Positions 38,139 to 51,779 of a DNA stretch of 64,000 nt are shown piece after piece (positions within the stretch are counted from its first letter, which is position 1; the number at the start of each line of letters is the position of its first letter). Origin of the DNA: Camelus ferus (Eukaryota); the NCBI RefSeq assembly GCF_009834535.1, contig NC_045697.1, forward strand, positions 112,594,001-112,658,000, read 5' to 3'. The notes under the pieces are model-generated. The model made no database searches, had not been told where the DNA came from, and saw nothing but the letters and a program-made list of their open reading frames with translations. The translations under genes and the position numbers were made by a program.

Positions 38139-41100
38139 AAAAGTATATTATCTAATTTAGCAGATTGAAAGAAATAACAGTCACATTTTCCTCCAAAAGT
38201 TTAATTCTGGTTTTCCCAAGAATTAAACAGTTCTGATAAATCAAAAATTGATTTTTTTTCTTTATCATGGTATCATTTTTATTTTTGTATCTTTTTTTTA
38301 TCCAACACAGCTGTAATATTCTGAGAAAAATATTTCACCACTGAATTACCGTTGAAATACATTCTTACTCTTTCTTACCATATTAAATATAATTATACTG
38401 TCTTACTTTGCTCTGTTAACATTGAGTCATTATGAGAGGGCTCTAGTGGTGGTCAAATTGTTTACAAACACCCACATCCATGACGAGTCTCAGTTTTTAG
38501 AATTCACCATATAGTGCCCTTGGATTAAAGGCAAAAAATAGAGCAGAAATACAAACTTCTGGATTTACATCCTTTCTGTTGAGCTCATGACTTAAGTCAG
38601 CCCCAATGTAGACTCATAAACATCTTAAGTCTGAAACCATGAGAGGAGTTTTAGTGTTATCCTTAGGCGAGATTAAACTTAAGCTCTTGCAACTGAATGA
38701 AGGGCTCCTCAATTTCCAAACATCGTCAGGGGAATTAGTTCCTATCGCAATTCATGTCATCCTGTGCTGTTTAAGAACATTTTTATCAGGCTGTATTTTC
38801 CTTTTCTGCTCATTTAAATTTCTTATTCAGTATCTTAAATTGTTTTAGCCTCACTTTGCTGTCCTTAGAAACAAGACATTTGCTATCAGTCTGTTTGGAG
38901 AACAGTGCTTTGATATAAGCCAAGATTGGAACTTGCTAAACCTTTTCAAATCATTTTGGTATTCAAATTTGACATTATTAAAACTTTACAAATTGTATTT
39001 TCTAAATTGTAGCCAGTTCAGTGTTTTTGGTTGAATCCTTTTGACTTCTCAGGCGTTCTTGGTTTGTAAGATGTTCTTTCATTGTTCAGCTCACACTAAT
39101 TAAAAGTCTGCTCAGTCCTGGAAATTCAAACAGAAAGCATAGAGATGTGATCATCCTTAAGACTTATTTTTCCAAGAAGACTCAGTAACTCATTTCACTG
39201 AACATATTCCAAAATTTCAATTGAAATTTGAGATTATGGCAAAAATGCTTCCAAATCCAGCATCCCTTACCAACCAGGAGAGTTCTTACAGACTAATTCT
39301 TGCAGGAAGGTGAACAAATCTTGGGTATGCTTGTTCTTACACACGAACTGTGTTAAGTCCGTGTTCCCTGCTGTGTGTTTATGCTGAGTAAAAAAGCAGA
39401 GCTTGGCCTCAGACCATTTCTAACTACACCATCTACCATTTCCTCACTGATCTGGGAACCACAAAGTGGTTCTATCTTTGAATACCATCCCTACGATGGT
39501 CTTACGAATGTGGTTATCTCATTTTAAGATAATCCTGATAATCTTACTAAGAAGCCCATGAAAAATTCGTCATTATCCTCATATTGAAGGTAAAGATACG
39601 CAATTATGAAGATTTAAGTTTTTACCAAGATCACGCTCCATGAAGAGCAGAATCAGATTGAGTGGTGGTCTTTTTCTACGTGACGCATCTGTGTTCCTGT
39701 AGGTTCCTAGCTCTAATGTCATCCACTGACTATTAAATGCCATTCAAACAGAGGGGTCCTTAAAACATGATACTAAAATCAGTTTTCCAGTTCAAGAGAC
39801 TGGTTAAAATATTTCTGGATATCTTGAGTTATCAAAAAATTTTAGCAAGCTCTCTTGAGAATAAATACATTGATATAATAGAATTCACATCCCAACTGTA
39901 TACAGTTCATTAGACTGAGCTATATAATTGGGTGTAATGATAGCAAAAATGGAAGTCCTTTAAAATGCATCTTTTAGAATTTTTTAAAAATTACGTTAAT
40001 CTATTTATTTCTAATTATAAATAATTTCTGTTCGTTGTTCAAAATTGGAGAAAATAAAGGAAAATATACTGAAAGAAAGATGTACATATGCATAAACTTT
40101 CCAGTTCAAGACATTCTCATTTTTATATCCTTCTTAATCAAATAGGTAAAACATCTTTTTGGCTAATTTGTAATTTTCAGTACAATATTTTAAATGTTTT
40201 ATATTTTACTTCCTTTTTTTTTTGAGAATTATGTTTGTATCCATTTTCCTATTGTGTTGTTAATTGTTTTCTTAATGGAAGTATCTACTCCTACCCTTCT
40301 TGAAGGACATCTTTTTGTTTGTTTGTTTGTTTTAACTCTGACCAGATCTAACATCTTTCTCCAGGATTTTCACAGCAGAGTTTAAAACAAAAACTACTTT
40401 ACTCTTCATGAAATTCAATCCATAATAGCATTCGTGAATCAGTCATAACTCTCTGGATTTCTGCTCATAATTTTAAGAAGAAATCAATATCATCTCATGT
40501 GTCAACATAGTTTCTTAAGTAAAAAGGAAACAGCCTTTGCTAGAGGAATGTTTCTGACCTTGCAACAGTATATCTCCCTATGGGAAAAAACAAGGAACAA
40601 ACTCCTGTTAGAAACAATTTAATTTCTCATGAGTTCATACTACAGGAGAGCGTATTTACTGAGGGCAAACCATTATAAACATCCCGGCACAAAACTCACA
40701 CTGATGGAGAAACACACATAAACTGATGCCAAAAAGTATTTTATTTTTTTCACAGAGCTTACCTTCAACAACTAATACATTGCTCCTCACTGCTGATTTC
40801 TAACCAATTAATCCTCAGTTAACCCACACGTTAGCAAAAATAAACACACAACAACTAAATAAATGAATGAATGATAAATAGACTCCCAGCATAAACTTTT
40901 TTTGCCAGGAAAGAGGGAAAAAGTTAGGCACATTCTGATGGGTGAAAACGTCCATAATTATGAAGTAAAGTTGTGTATTTCTGAAGATGTAGTTTTTTTT
41001 TATCACTTACTCTTTATTGCCACACACTGTCCAAATCAAATGTGCTAGATTCTCAAACAAGCTAGATTTTCACATTCTCACATTTTGCCCTCCTTACTTA

Positions 41101-41169
41101 ACACCCTTTTAGTTGATTGCAAGTAACTTCATATTGATTTCTTTTAGAGTGCATCCTATAAAAGATATA

Positions 41170-42275
41170 ACATAGAGGAGAATGATAAGACAAGCCACAG
41201 ATTAGAAAAAGACATTTGCAAAAGATGCGTCTGATAAAGGTCTTGTCCCCAAAATGTACAAAGAACTCGTAAAATTCAACATAATATGAAAATGAACAAC
41301 CTCATTAAAATATGGGCCAAAGAAACAATACCTCACCAAAGAAAACATATAGATGGCAAATAATCATACAAAAGATGTTCAGGATCATGAGTTGCAAATT
41401 AAAGCAGTGAGATACTTATCAGAATGGCCAAAACCCAAAACGCTGACAACACCAAATACGGACGAGGATGTGGAGCAACAGGAACTCTCTTTCATTGCTG
41501 ATGGGAATTCAACACGGAACAGTTGCTTTGCAAATCATTTTGGCAGTTTCTTATAGAACTAAATATACTCTTACCATAAGATCTAGTAATCTTGTTTTTT
41601 GGTATTTACCCAAAGGAATTGAAAACATATGCCCATGCATAAGCCTACACACATATGCTTATAGCAACTTTATTCATAATTGCCAAAACTTGGGAGCAAC
41701 CAAGATGTCCTTCAGAAAGTGCATGGATAAATAAACTGTAATACAGCCAATGGAATATTATTCAGTGCTAAAAAGAAATGAGCTATCAAGCTATGAAAAG
41801 ACATGGAATAACCCCAAATGCATATCACTAAGTGAAAGAAGCCAATCTGAGAAGGTTACACACTGCATGATTCCAGCTATATGAGATTCTGGAAAAGGCA
41901 AAACTATGGAGACAGTGAAGGATCTGTGGTTGCTGGGGTGGAGGATGAGGAAGGATGAATTGGGGAAGATTTTTAGGGCAGTGGAATTATTCTATGTGAT
42001 ATTGTAACGGTAACTGTGTATCATTATCCATTTGTCAAAACTCACAGAATGAATGACACCAAGAATGAACCCTAATGTAAACTCTGGTCTTCCTTTGGGT
42101 AATAATGATATATCAGTGTAAGTTCATCAATCGTAATGAACGCGATGCTTCTGGTGCAGGACCTGGATGGTGGGAGGCTGTGAGTATGTAGGGGCAGGGG
42201 TTGTATGAGGAATCTGTACCTTCTGCTCAATTTTGCTGTGAACCTAAAATGACTCTAAAAGTCTATGAAAAATAA
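41170..42275 (+). mobile_element. L1MC-like ORF2 end and 3' UTR
   Basis: 'gaggatgtggagcaacaggaactctctttcattgctgatggga', 'agtgaaagaagccaatctgagaagg', 'ctgctcaattttgctgtgaacctaaaa'. Confidence 0.9.
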
Positions 42276-43139
42276 TCACACAGAGAAGTTACCTGTAGTT
42301 ACTTGTCTGATGGTGCCATAGAGAATTTAGCCCACTGAGTGTCTCGTGAGATAATTTCTGTGACTTGTGGGACCATCAGGAAAGCGGTGATTGTATTTCT
42401 AGCCATTTGGGGGATGTATTTTCAGAACTGCCTTTTCTCTTAATTCCTTCTACTTGCACTCCCGTGTCCTTGCACACCTGTGTCCCTGTCTTCTCAGATT
42501 CTGGCCTGCCATCGTTCTTAGAATGACCTCTATTGTGCTAGAGTGGAATGACTTCTAATTTTGGTGCCGGTTTTCCTTTCCTTGGCACCTAGAAGTAAAG
42601 GAGGTCCCTGGCTCTGGGACAGATGTATTAGGACCTGGAGCAGTTTATGGGGATTCATCATTTGAAAGACTATGGGAAACTAACATTAAATGAAAAGGTG
42701 ATTTCTGCTTTCTACCTGCCCTGGTCCAGCTCCACAGTCCCATGTACTGATACACATTTTTCCCAGGAACATAGATAATCCTACTGGACTCTGGCAGTTA
42801 TTTGGTCTCTGAGCCTCATGGTCTCTCTGAGCAGTTTACAACAGATTCAACTCAGATTCTTACAGAGTTTAGTGGGGAGACCTGACTGTCCCAGTGGTCA
42901 GAGAACTCATTTCTGTTCTTTATAACCCCCAGTGAGGTACTAGAATTAAACCTTCCATGCCCACGTTTTTAAAGCAAAAGGTTTTGGAATCTAACCACTG
43001 GTCAAGTAGGAAATCAAAGACAGGTCTCTCAGAGCCAGGCCAACACGGACTGATCTTACCAGCTGAATTTTTAGGGGCCACAGAACTATTCTGGCAACTC
43101 CCTATTTTAATAAATCAGTTCAGTAGACAATGCATTCTT

Positions 43140-44110
43140 TTTTTTTTATTAATAGACTTTATTTTTAGAGCAGTATTAGATTTACAGAAAAATTGAGAAG
43201 ATAGTAGAGAGGGCGTCCACCTACCTCTCCCACAGTTTTCCCTATTATTAAAACCAAATTGCACTAATACAGTCCACGTGTTATAATTAATAAACCTTTG
43301 TGACCAAAGGCAAGTTCATATGCCCACTGCACCATGAGGCCAAACAAACTGAAATGTCAGAGTTTGGAGCAGAGAAAGGTTTACTGCAGGGCAGAGGAAG
43401 GAGGACAGGTTGGCTCATGCCCAGGAAAACTCCAAACTCCCTGAAGGGTTTCAGTGAATCATATTTAAAGGCAAGTGGAGGGGGTGGGGTCGCAGAATAC
43501 GTGATCAGCTCGTGCGCAGTCCTCTGATTGGTTGATGTCAAAGGAACAGGGTGGTCAACACAATCAACCCCTGGTCACCATAAGGTCTGGGAGCCATCAT
43601 CACATGCTCTTCATCATCAAGTAGTTAATTTCTTCACTTTGGTGGTGGTTTTCAGCATCTGAAACATTCAAGAAATATACGTGAGATGCTACAATCTGGG
43701 TACTTCAGACAGGAGCTACAGCATAGGACGTGGGGGAGGGTTCTGACCCTGGAAGGCTCTACAGGGTCCTGCTCAGTTATAACTGTATTAATATGTTATT
43801 ATTAACTAAAGTGCATAGTTTATTTAGGTTTTCTTACTTTTTCTAATGTTTTTTTTCTGACCTGGGATCCCATATGGGGTACACATCTCATTTAGTGGTC
43901 ACGTCTCTGTAGGCATCTCTTGGCTCTGACGGTTCCTCAGGCTTTCCTCACTTTTGATGACCTTGACAGTTTTGAGGTGGACAGTGGGATGCCCTTCTAT
44001 TGGGTTTTTTTCTGATTTTTTTTTCTCGTAATTAAACTGGGGTTATGGGTTTTGGGGAGAAAGATCACAGAGATAAAGTGTCATTTCACCACATCATATT
44101 AAGGAAGCAT
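43140..44110 (-). mobile_element. L1MC/MD-like 3' UTR interrupted by an LTR
   Basis: 'atagactttatttttagagcagtattagatttacagaaaaattgag' resumes after the LTR at 'tattattaactaaagtgcatag...gatgaccttgacagttttgagg'. Confidence 0.85.
43299..43781 (-). mobile_element. ERV1-type solo LTR
   Basis: TG start, 'gagtttggagcagagaaaggtttactgcaggg', antisense CCAAT 'ctgattggtt', ends 'agggtcctgctcagttata'. Confidence 0.8.
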
Positions 44111-45358
44111 CTGTTCCTTTTTTTTTTTTTTTTAATTTCAAAGCAACCTAGGAATTTTCTTAATTTCTCTCCTTCCCTCTTCATCCCCCTTTCCAATCTT
44201 TTCCTCTCCCATTTGAATCTTCACATGAGATCACAATGAACTTTTTTTTCTTTAAATGAAACTAAACAGTTCCCCTTTAGCCAGCCCACCCCTGCCAAGC
44301 ATCCATTGCTCTTACAACAAGATATACAAACACCGCCCCTTGTTTTGTGATGTTGGGTGGCAATCTGGCCCCGCCTGTCTCTCCAGATTTATTTTGGCTT
44401 CTCTCCCTGCCTCACTTCACCCCAGCCATGCTGTTTGTAAGACCCACCAGCTCAAATTACTCAGTATAGTTATCCTGCAATAATGGCTGAAGGTCACTAA
44501 TCATACCCAGTGTTTATCAGCCTCTAGGGAAGAGTTCACACCCGCATGAAACAAAATTGCCAGAAGCCACTGCAGTAGGACTGGAGTCTGAAAAAAATAC
44601 AGAGATTTGTCTATCAAGGTTTTTATCATCTGCCAGCTTCACTCATTATTCGTTTATCTCCCCCAGAGTTTTTGGGTGTTCTTACTTACTAGTTTTCCAT
44701 ATAAACTTCAGAAATGTGTCTGTTTCTTAAAGAAAAAACTATAAACACTGCTGGTACTTTGATCAGAATTACATTCCTATTTATAAAATAACTTGAAATA
44801 GTTGATGTTCTTATTGTACCTGCCAGAATGTTGTCCATTTAATCCCCTTACTCAAGAAAACTAGCCTTCTGATTTACTTCTCAATTTCACATTTATTATT
44901 TTTAAAAAGTAATTTAGATACTTTTTGAAGTTATGAATTTTACGTTCAATCTTTAACCTATCTTTTCTCATATCTTCTTTAGACATGTTCTGAGATTTTT
45001 GAAACTAGTGTGTAATTTATTTATATTCATCCTTATATAATTAAAAATTAAAAAAATTAAGAAGATGAATTTACCTCTAAATATAGCCTGATCACTTTCC
45101 GTAAGCTTTATTTATAATTTTTTTGACATCATAATTTTCTTAAAAATCTGTATTTTTAAGATTTGCTTCCTCTTCAGTCAAAAATATTTTTAAAAACAAG
45201 TCTTTTTTTTAAATAAAGGAACCATTTTTGTTTTAAGAACTATTAATATAATACAAGCTTCTATTTTATTATGTTGTTTAAAATAGTATACCTGTATAAT
45301 TTCTGATTTGGGGAGTATTTTCAGGCATTCTTAATAGCTTAATATCTGAGTGATTTTT

Positions 45359-46243
45359 TTGTTATTTAAAAAATTTTTTTTTATTGAAGTGTAGCTTCTT
45401 TACAATGTTAGTTTCTGGTGTATGGCAAAGCAATTCAGTTATACATATATAAATGCATGCATTTTTTTCAGATTCTTTTCCATTTTATGTTATTACAAGA
45501 AATTGAATATAGTTCCCTGTTCTATACAGTAGGTCCTTGTTTATCTATTTTATACATAGTAATGTGTGTCTGTTAATCCCCAGCTCCTAATTTATCCCTC
45601 CCTGCCCCTTCCCCTTTGGTAACCATAGTTTATTTTCTATGTCCATGAGTCTGTTTCTGGCTTATAAATAAAATTTGTATCATTTTTTTTTAGATTCCAC
45701 ATATAAATGATATCATATGATATTTGTCTTTCTCTGTCTGACTTACTTCACAATATGATAATTTCTAGGTCCATCCATGTTGCTGCAAATAGCATTATTT
45801 TATTCTCTTTATGGCTGAGTATTATTCCATTCTATAAATATACCACATCTTCTTTATCCAGTCATCTGTTGATGGACATTTAGGTTGCTTCCATGTCTTG
45901 GCTACTATAAATAGTGCTACTATGAACACTGGGGTGCATGTGTCTTTTTGAATTAGAGTTTTCTCCAGATATATGTCCAGGAATGGGATTGCTGGATCAC
46001 ACGGTAACTCTACTTTTAGTTTTTTAAGGAACCTCCATACTGTCCTCCATATGGCTGTACCAATTTACATTCCCACCAACAGTGTAGGAGGGTTCCTTTT
46101 TCTCCACACCCTCTCATTTATTTGTAGACTTTTTGATGATGACCATTCTGACTGGTGTAAGGTGATACTTTATTGTAGTTTTGATTTGCATTTCCCTAAT
46201 AATTAGTGATATTGAGCATCTTTTCTTGTGCCTGTTGGCCATC
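45359..46243 (-). mobile_element. 5'-truncated L1 with perfect 14-bp TSD, inside highly decayed AT-rich (probably older L1) sequence
   Basis: TSD TCTGAGTGATTTTT at 45345-45358 and 46244-46257; ORF peptide [20 protein letters not shown]. Confidence 0.95.
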
Positions 46244-48544
46244 TCTGAGTGATTTTTAAAATAAACTTTTAGCATGTGCTTGAAATGTACTCTTAATAAG
46301 GTACAAAGCTCAATTTCTTTTTCTGAATTTAATCTTAATCTTCGTAAAATCATATACTCTATTCTTTTCATTTTCTGGGTTTTTTGGTCAATATTGGAAA
46401 AGCAGCCGTGTCTAAATCTCAAACCTTAACAATTGCATTTTTGTAAATATCTCCTTTTATCACTGACAGTTTTATTGCATGTATGTATTTAATAGTATTC
46501 AGAGAGAGGATTAAGCTTTTGTGACTATTTACAGGCATTCATTACTTTCTGAAAACATTTGTAAAAGTCAAGCAATTTCTTTCCCAGAGAGCATTAAAAC
46601 CATTCACTTATAGTAGGACAGAATTACAATGGAAAAGCCTGTTTTTCAAAGGTTTATCAAGATTATATTTATTGTAAAAAATTTGATTGTCACTTCCGTG
46701 AAATGGTACTTTACCAAAGATTTGATCAGAATGTCTGTAAAAGAAGGGAAAATTAGCCCACAGTTAAGGAACGTTTAGATAATGTAAAGGAGGTTGTAAA
46801 AAGTCACTTTTAAATTGATTTTTTCATAAGTTTTGGTATCTATTCTCTCCTAAATAGAGAATTTGAAAATTTCCATAGACTATGTAAATTATGTAAAGCT
46901 TGAATAATAACTGTCAAAAAAAATCTTTATTTCTACGAATACACAAAGAACAAATCCAAGGATGGAGACCAACTTGCTGTCACTCAGCCTCTGTTTGCTT
47001 TAAGAGCCTGCCCCCACCTGCTGGGCAAATGATGAAGAATGTATAATCAGGAGAATCAAAGGCAAAAGTCTAATCAATTCACATTTATTAATGTCCAGGG
47101 TGTGCTGGGTTTGTGCACTTAGACTGTGGTGACAGTTCGAATTAAGCTGACAGTAAGAAATGCTGGGGTGGGGGGGAACGCTAGGGCACCAGTGTCCAGG
47201 AAACAGGAGAACTGGGTGTTATGATAGTTTCATGGATCAAATACAAGTATGGTCATTGCAGGGTTGAGCTCAGTTTCTCTTCAGTTATCGTCCTCTTTAT
47301 CAAAAACAGGTTAAACATAGACTAGCAAGTGTATGGGCTAAATGCCGTTATTTTTAATGCACGTCATGGCCGAGGGCAAGGAGAATTTCCTGGCACTTTG
47401 CCATGAGTGGTGTAAGATTCCACAGTGGTAGTGGAATCTGAAGACTTGAATGTAGGGAAGTAAAAAGTTTCCCTGATCAAGGAAAAGAGTTCTAGGCTTT
47501 GGAATAGAGCCCTGAGAAAGACGGTTACCATTTCTGCAACAGGCTATATTCTGAGTACAAGCCAGCTTTTATTTTAATTACAAACTAGAGCAGAAGCAAG
47601 TCCCTCTTTTGGGGGCACAGAAATTAATCAAGAACCCTATAATCATCAAAAACAGAGAACAACAAGCCCTCAAGCTAATGTCAAACATCGTTAAGTAGAT
47701 GTGTTCTTCACACAAAATGCAGAAAACATAACGGGGCTTCTAGCACTGTGGGCACTTGGACTGGTTAAGGAGAATGAGGTAAATAATAAGAGCTTCCATT
47801 TTTGTGTAGCTTTGTAATTTAAAAAGCCCAAGACTTTAATCTCCTAAAGTCTCAAAAATCCGTTCAGATACCATTTATCAGCAGACTGTGTTCCTTGTAC
47901 AAAGAGAGCTTGTATCTGATGGCAAATCATAATGGAACAATTTAACTTTCATAATGTGTCATTTATCTAGGAAAAGCCTTTCTGGGACTTGTTTGAAATT
48001 AACAAGTGACTTGCTTTATAATCATGTGTCTTTTAGTTTACATAGTTCTGTACATTTGTCAAAGTATTTTTACACGCTTTGTTTCATGTGACAGTCTCTA
48101 CATGACTTTCTAAATAATTTCTATCATTCCTGCTGCCTCACATTTTGATCTGCGTGGATTAGGGTTACAGCCGCTGGACAACTTTGCAAACACCAGCCTC
48201 CTACTGACAGGCCACAAGATTATTTTGTTGTGTTCTGCTTTGCTTATTCCATGACAACAGACAAGAAGAAGGGTCATTCACTGTCTTAATGATCAATGTG
48301 GATCACCACGGAATTGAGCTGCAGCTAACAAGTAGCATTAACCAGGAAAATGGTCAAAGCCATGGAATAACCCACACTGAAGTCCAGTTCAAAAGCCAGC
48401 TCTTGTGGATTTTAAGTGTACTGTCTTGTATGTATATCTTGTCTTTTTCCACTTAAGTCTGTCTTCGAAGATAGTTTCAAATGTCACTTCCTTCGCATTC
48501 CATGGTGCTGCCGATACTGCTCTGGGTAAATCTGCATTTAAAAG

Positions 48545-48598
48545 TTGTACACCAGAAATTGGCACATTGTAACTGACTATACTTCAAAAAAAAAAAAA
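48545..48598 (+). mobile_element. About 50-bp L1 3' terminus with poly(A)
   Basis: 'ttgtacaccagaaattggcacattgtaactgactatacttcaaaaaaaaaaaa' placed just after an atttaaaag site. Confidence 0.85.
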
Positions 48599-49028
48599 GC
48601 TACTGGCTATTTAGGGGATAATTACAGGACATTTCTTTCTTTTATTGGTTCAGATTCAAACAAATACAGTTCCTTTTTGTCGATATCTATTCTGTTCTTT
48701 TCTTTGAGTAAGAGAACCTTGAGTTTTTAGCTGGGCATTTGACTTTCTGAAATAATGACCACAGTGTCCAGTCTCCCTCCCAGCAACTAGATGTGGTGGT
48801 GTATCTCCATTCTGCCGATGGTTTGTAAGCAGAAATGTCCTTACAAGCTGGATGCCAGGTTTTTCTCCCATGTTTTTCTTCCTCTTGGCTGGGATACAGA
48901 TGTGATGGCTGGATCTGAAAGCTAGAAAGAACCTGTATTTCTGAGGACTTCACAGTTCTGATTTACCAGTTCTAGGCTCAGGATTATTTTTTTCTTGAGA
49001 GAAGAAATACTTCTTGCTTAACCTCCTC

Positions 49029-49409
49029 TGTGTTAGTTTGCGAGGGTTCACATAACAAAGTACCATAGGCTGGATAGTTTAAAAACTGGAAATTTATTTT
49101 CTCACAATTCTGGAGGCCAGAAATCTGATGTTAAGATGTTAGAAGGGTTGGTTTCTCTGGGGCCTCTCTCCTTGACGTATCCACAGAAATCTCTCTCTGT
49201 CTTCAGGTGGTGCATGTTTGAGTCCAAATTTCCTCTTCTTATACAGAAGCCAATCATATTGATTAGGGCTCACGCATATGACCTCACTTTACCTGAATTA
49301 CCTTTTGAATGGCCCTCTCTTCAAATATAGTCATTCTAAGTCATTTTAAGCTACTGGGGTTAGGTCTTCAATATATAAACTTCGGCAAGACACAATTTAG
49401 CCCATAACA
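49029..49409 (-). mobile_element. MLT1A/B-like LTR, nested in an older MLT1 LTR (about 48760-49470)
   Basis: 'tgtgttagtttgcgaggg...cataacaaagtaccatagg...ctcacaattctggaggccagaaatc...cacaatttagcccataaca'. Confidence 0.85.
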
Positions 49410-50194
49410 GCTCCTTTATTTTATTTTATTTTTAAAATTTAACCTGAAGCCAAACATATTCCTGACACTACATGGGGATATTCAAATGGTCATTAGATGA
49501 CCTGGCTGAGATGTGTGGACCTAGAAGGCCTCCTAGAGCTTTCCTCCTCAGTAGCCCTGACTTCTCATCTGGTCTAGGCACACACCTCCCACTGGCGGAG
49601 AAAACCTGTCCTACCAAGCTTATTGCAGAGCAGAGAGCCAACAGAAGTTGTGTGTCCTCTGCTCCCAGAGAGAGACCAGAACCAGGAGACACTGAACCAA
49701 GGGTGTGAGTTTCTTCTTCCAAACCCACCAGGCAGGTTACTCAGTCACTCCATCCTCTGACAATCACGCCTCTTGAGTTGTCTGACTAAAAACTCACCAC
49801 GTGGAAACATGAAGCTAAGGAAAATGACTTTCCTCCTCATACTGTTGCTGAATAAACCTCCTTTTACATAACTGCTACTACTGATTTTTTAAATTTCATT
49901 TTGCATTTAATTTTTTAATAGGCTAATAACCTATCGCAAGCCGGAAGTCTTGAGGGTGTGGGCATGCATTTATTCAAGTCATTATTAGTTACTCAAACGA
50001 TCTCTTGGAGGAAGGACTTTTCACTGGGCGCTTTGGAAGGTTCTTACTTGGGAGACTTGGTAGAAGCTGGAACACTAGAGATGGTACATTACAGGGGTCA
50101 CAGTACATAAGGAAGAGACCACGTCGCTGGGATCATGTTGAAGCCACTGGCAGGGCTGAGCTCTCAGGAGGACTGAGTCCATTTGTTGGAATGG

Positions 50195-50404
50195 ACCCGA
50201 GTTTGGCAAGCTACATCTTATGTGCCAGATTCAACCTTTTGCCTATTTTACAAATAGTTTTATTGGAACACATTGTTGCTACAAGGTCTATGTCTGCTGT
50301 GTGCTAAGACAACAAAGTTGAGTCATTATCAGTGAGAACATACTGTCCACAAGACCTAAAATATTTACTGTATGGCTCTTTCTAAAAATATTTGCTGCCC
50401 TGGA
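50195..50404 (-). mobile_element. MER58A-like MITE
   Basis: 'aaatagttttattggaacaca...cctaaaatatttactgtatggctcttt...tttgctgccctgg'. Confidence 0.8.
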
Positions 50405-51779
50405 CCTAGAAGAGAGTCATATGAAATGCTTTCATTTTTAGCCATTGATTTGCCCCCTTTAAAATGCTAAATTATCATACATAATTGGTTATGTTTAATT
50501 TAGCTATTCATAGAAAATTTTTATGGATTAAGTCAGAGGAATGGATGAATTCCGCATTTCTTCACACACTAAGGATTTTGTCCTTATAATGTTCTGCTAT
50601 GCTTAGAAAAGTATGACACCTCTTCCTCTAGGCTCAGAACCAGTGTTCTAGTTAAGATCCAATTAGATAATTTTATTTCCAGGGTACCCTAATGAGAAAA
50701 ATGGGTGGAGAATTTTTTTCAATAGATTTAACAGGGTAGCTAGTGAAATTTTTTCTCAGTGTATTAATGGTTTAGGGTACTCATTCACTAACATGTCTCA
50801 GTTTCATTAATATTAAATGCAAGCTAATTCTCAGATCACATTCCTTTAAATATATGCATGCAAATAACCTGATGGTTTTCCATACACAATTAAAAAAAAC
50901 AACAACTCTAAATTAACTTAATCTGAGTTACCCAATTTTATTTTCTAGAAAATTGAAGTTCCTTAATTCTTCAAAATCTATTCAGAGTTCTTAGATTACA
51001 GAAGATAAGCCTTGATTTTCAGCTCATAAGTCTGAATAAAACGTCTGATTGAATGTGGTTTAATGGAAGAAAAATCAGATTTAGTGTTGAGCGATAAAGC
51101 ATGCCCCTCCCACTGGATGGTTGAACCCAGTCCCTTACAGCGGGCAGGCATTTTAAATTACAGGCGTGGAACACTTTCTCTTTCCCTTGAAAATGTGTGT
51201 AGTGTTTCATGCTAATTACAGTCTAAGTATGGATTAAACATGATTGTAAGTGTCATTTATATTTACCACTGTGGGATGCAATTTATGGGCTTGCAATGAG
51301 AGAAATGCTTATGTTTACGTGAATGAAAGATAATGTTAAGCCTCTGCAATCAGAATCCTGGAGTGCTGCAAGAGTTTATTATCATCTCACATTTAAACAC
51401 TTGCTGTTTCTTTTACTGCTGATGGTTTTCCATAGTAACCGCTACCTGAACACAATTTAATTACATTGTTCAGCAATTTAAATTAAATTAGGTTGATCCA
51501 GAAGGGGCTGCTTAGAGAAGGGTAGTATACTATAGTGTATCAATTAACACTTATTAAAAGTAATTTTTAAGTGCCTCACAGAACTGTATTACTGGGGAAA
51601 ATTATGATGTTAAAAAAAGAAAATAATGAAATGTGGTTATTGATTTTCTTTTCTTAATGTTATATCTTGGTAGAATGAGATAAACTTTATTGATCTCCTG
51701 GTTTATATTCTCTATTTTCCCTGTAGACTGTTATATCTCTAGTCACCGTGTGCTAATAAATCTATTTAAGAAAAAAAAA

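Noticed and set aside
47415..47439. Iron-responsive element (CAGTGG loop)
   Set aside because: No 5-bp upper stem closing the CAGUGN loop and no bulged C in the required position.
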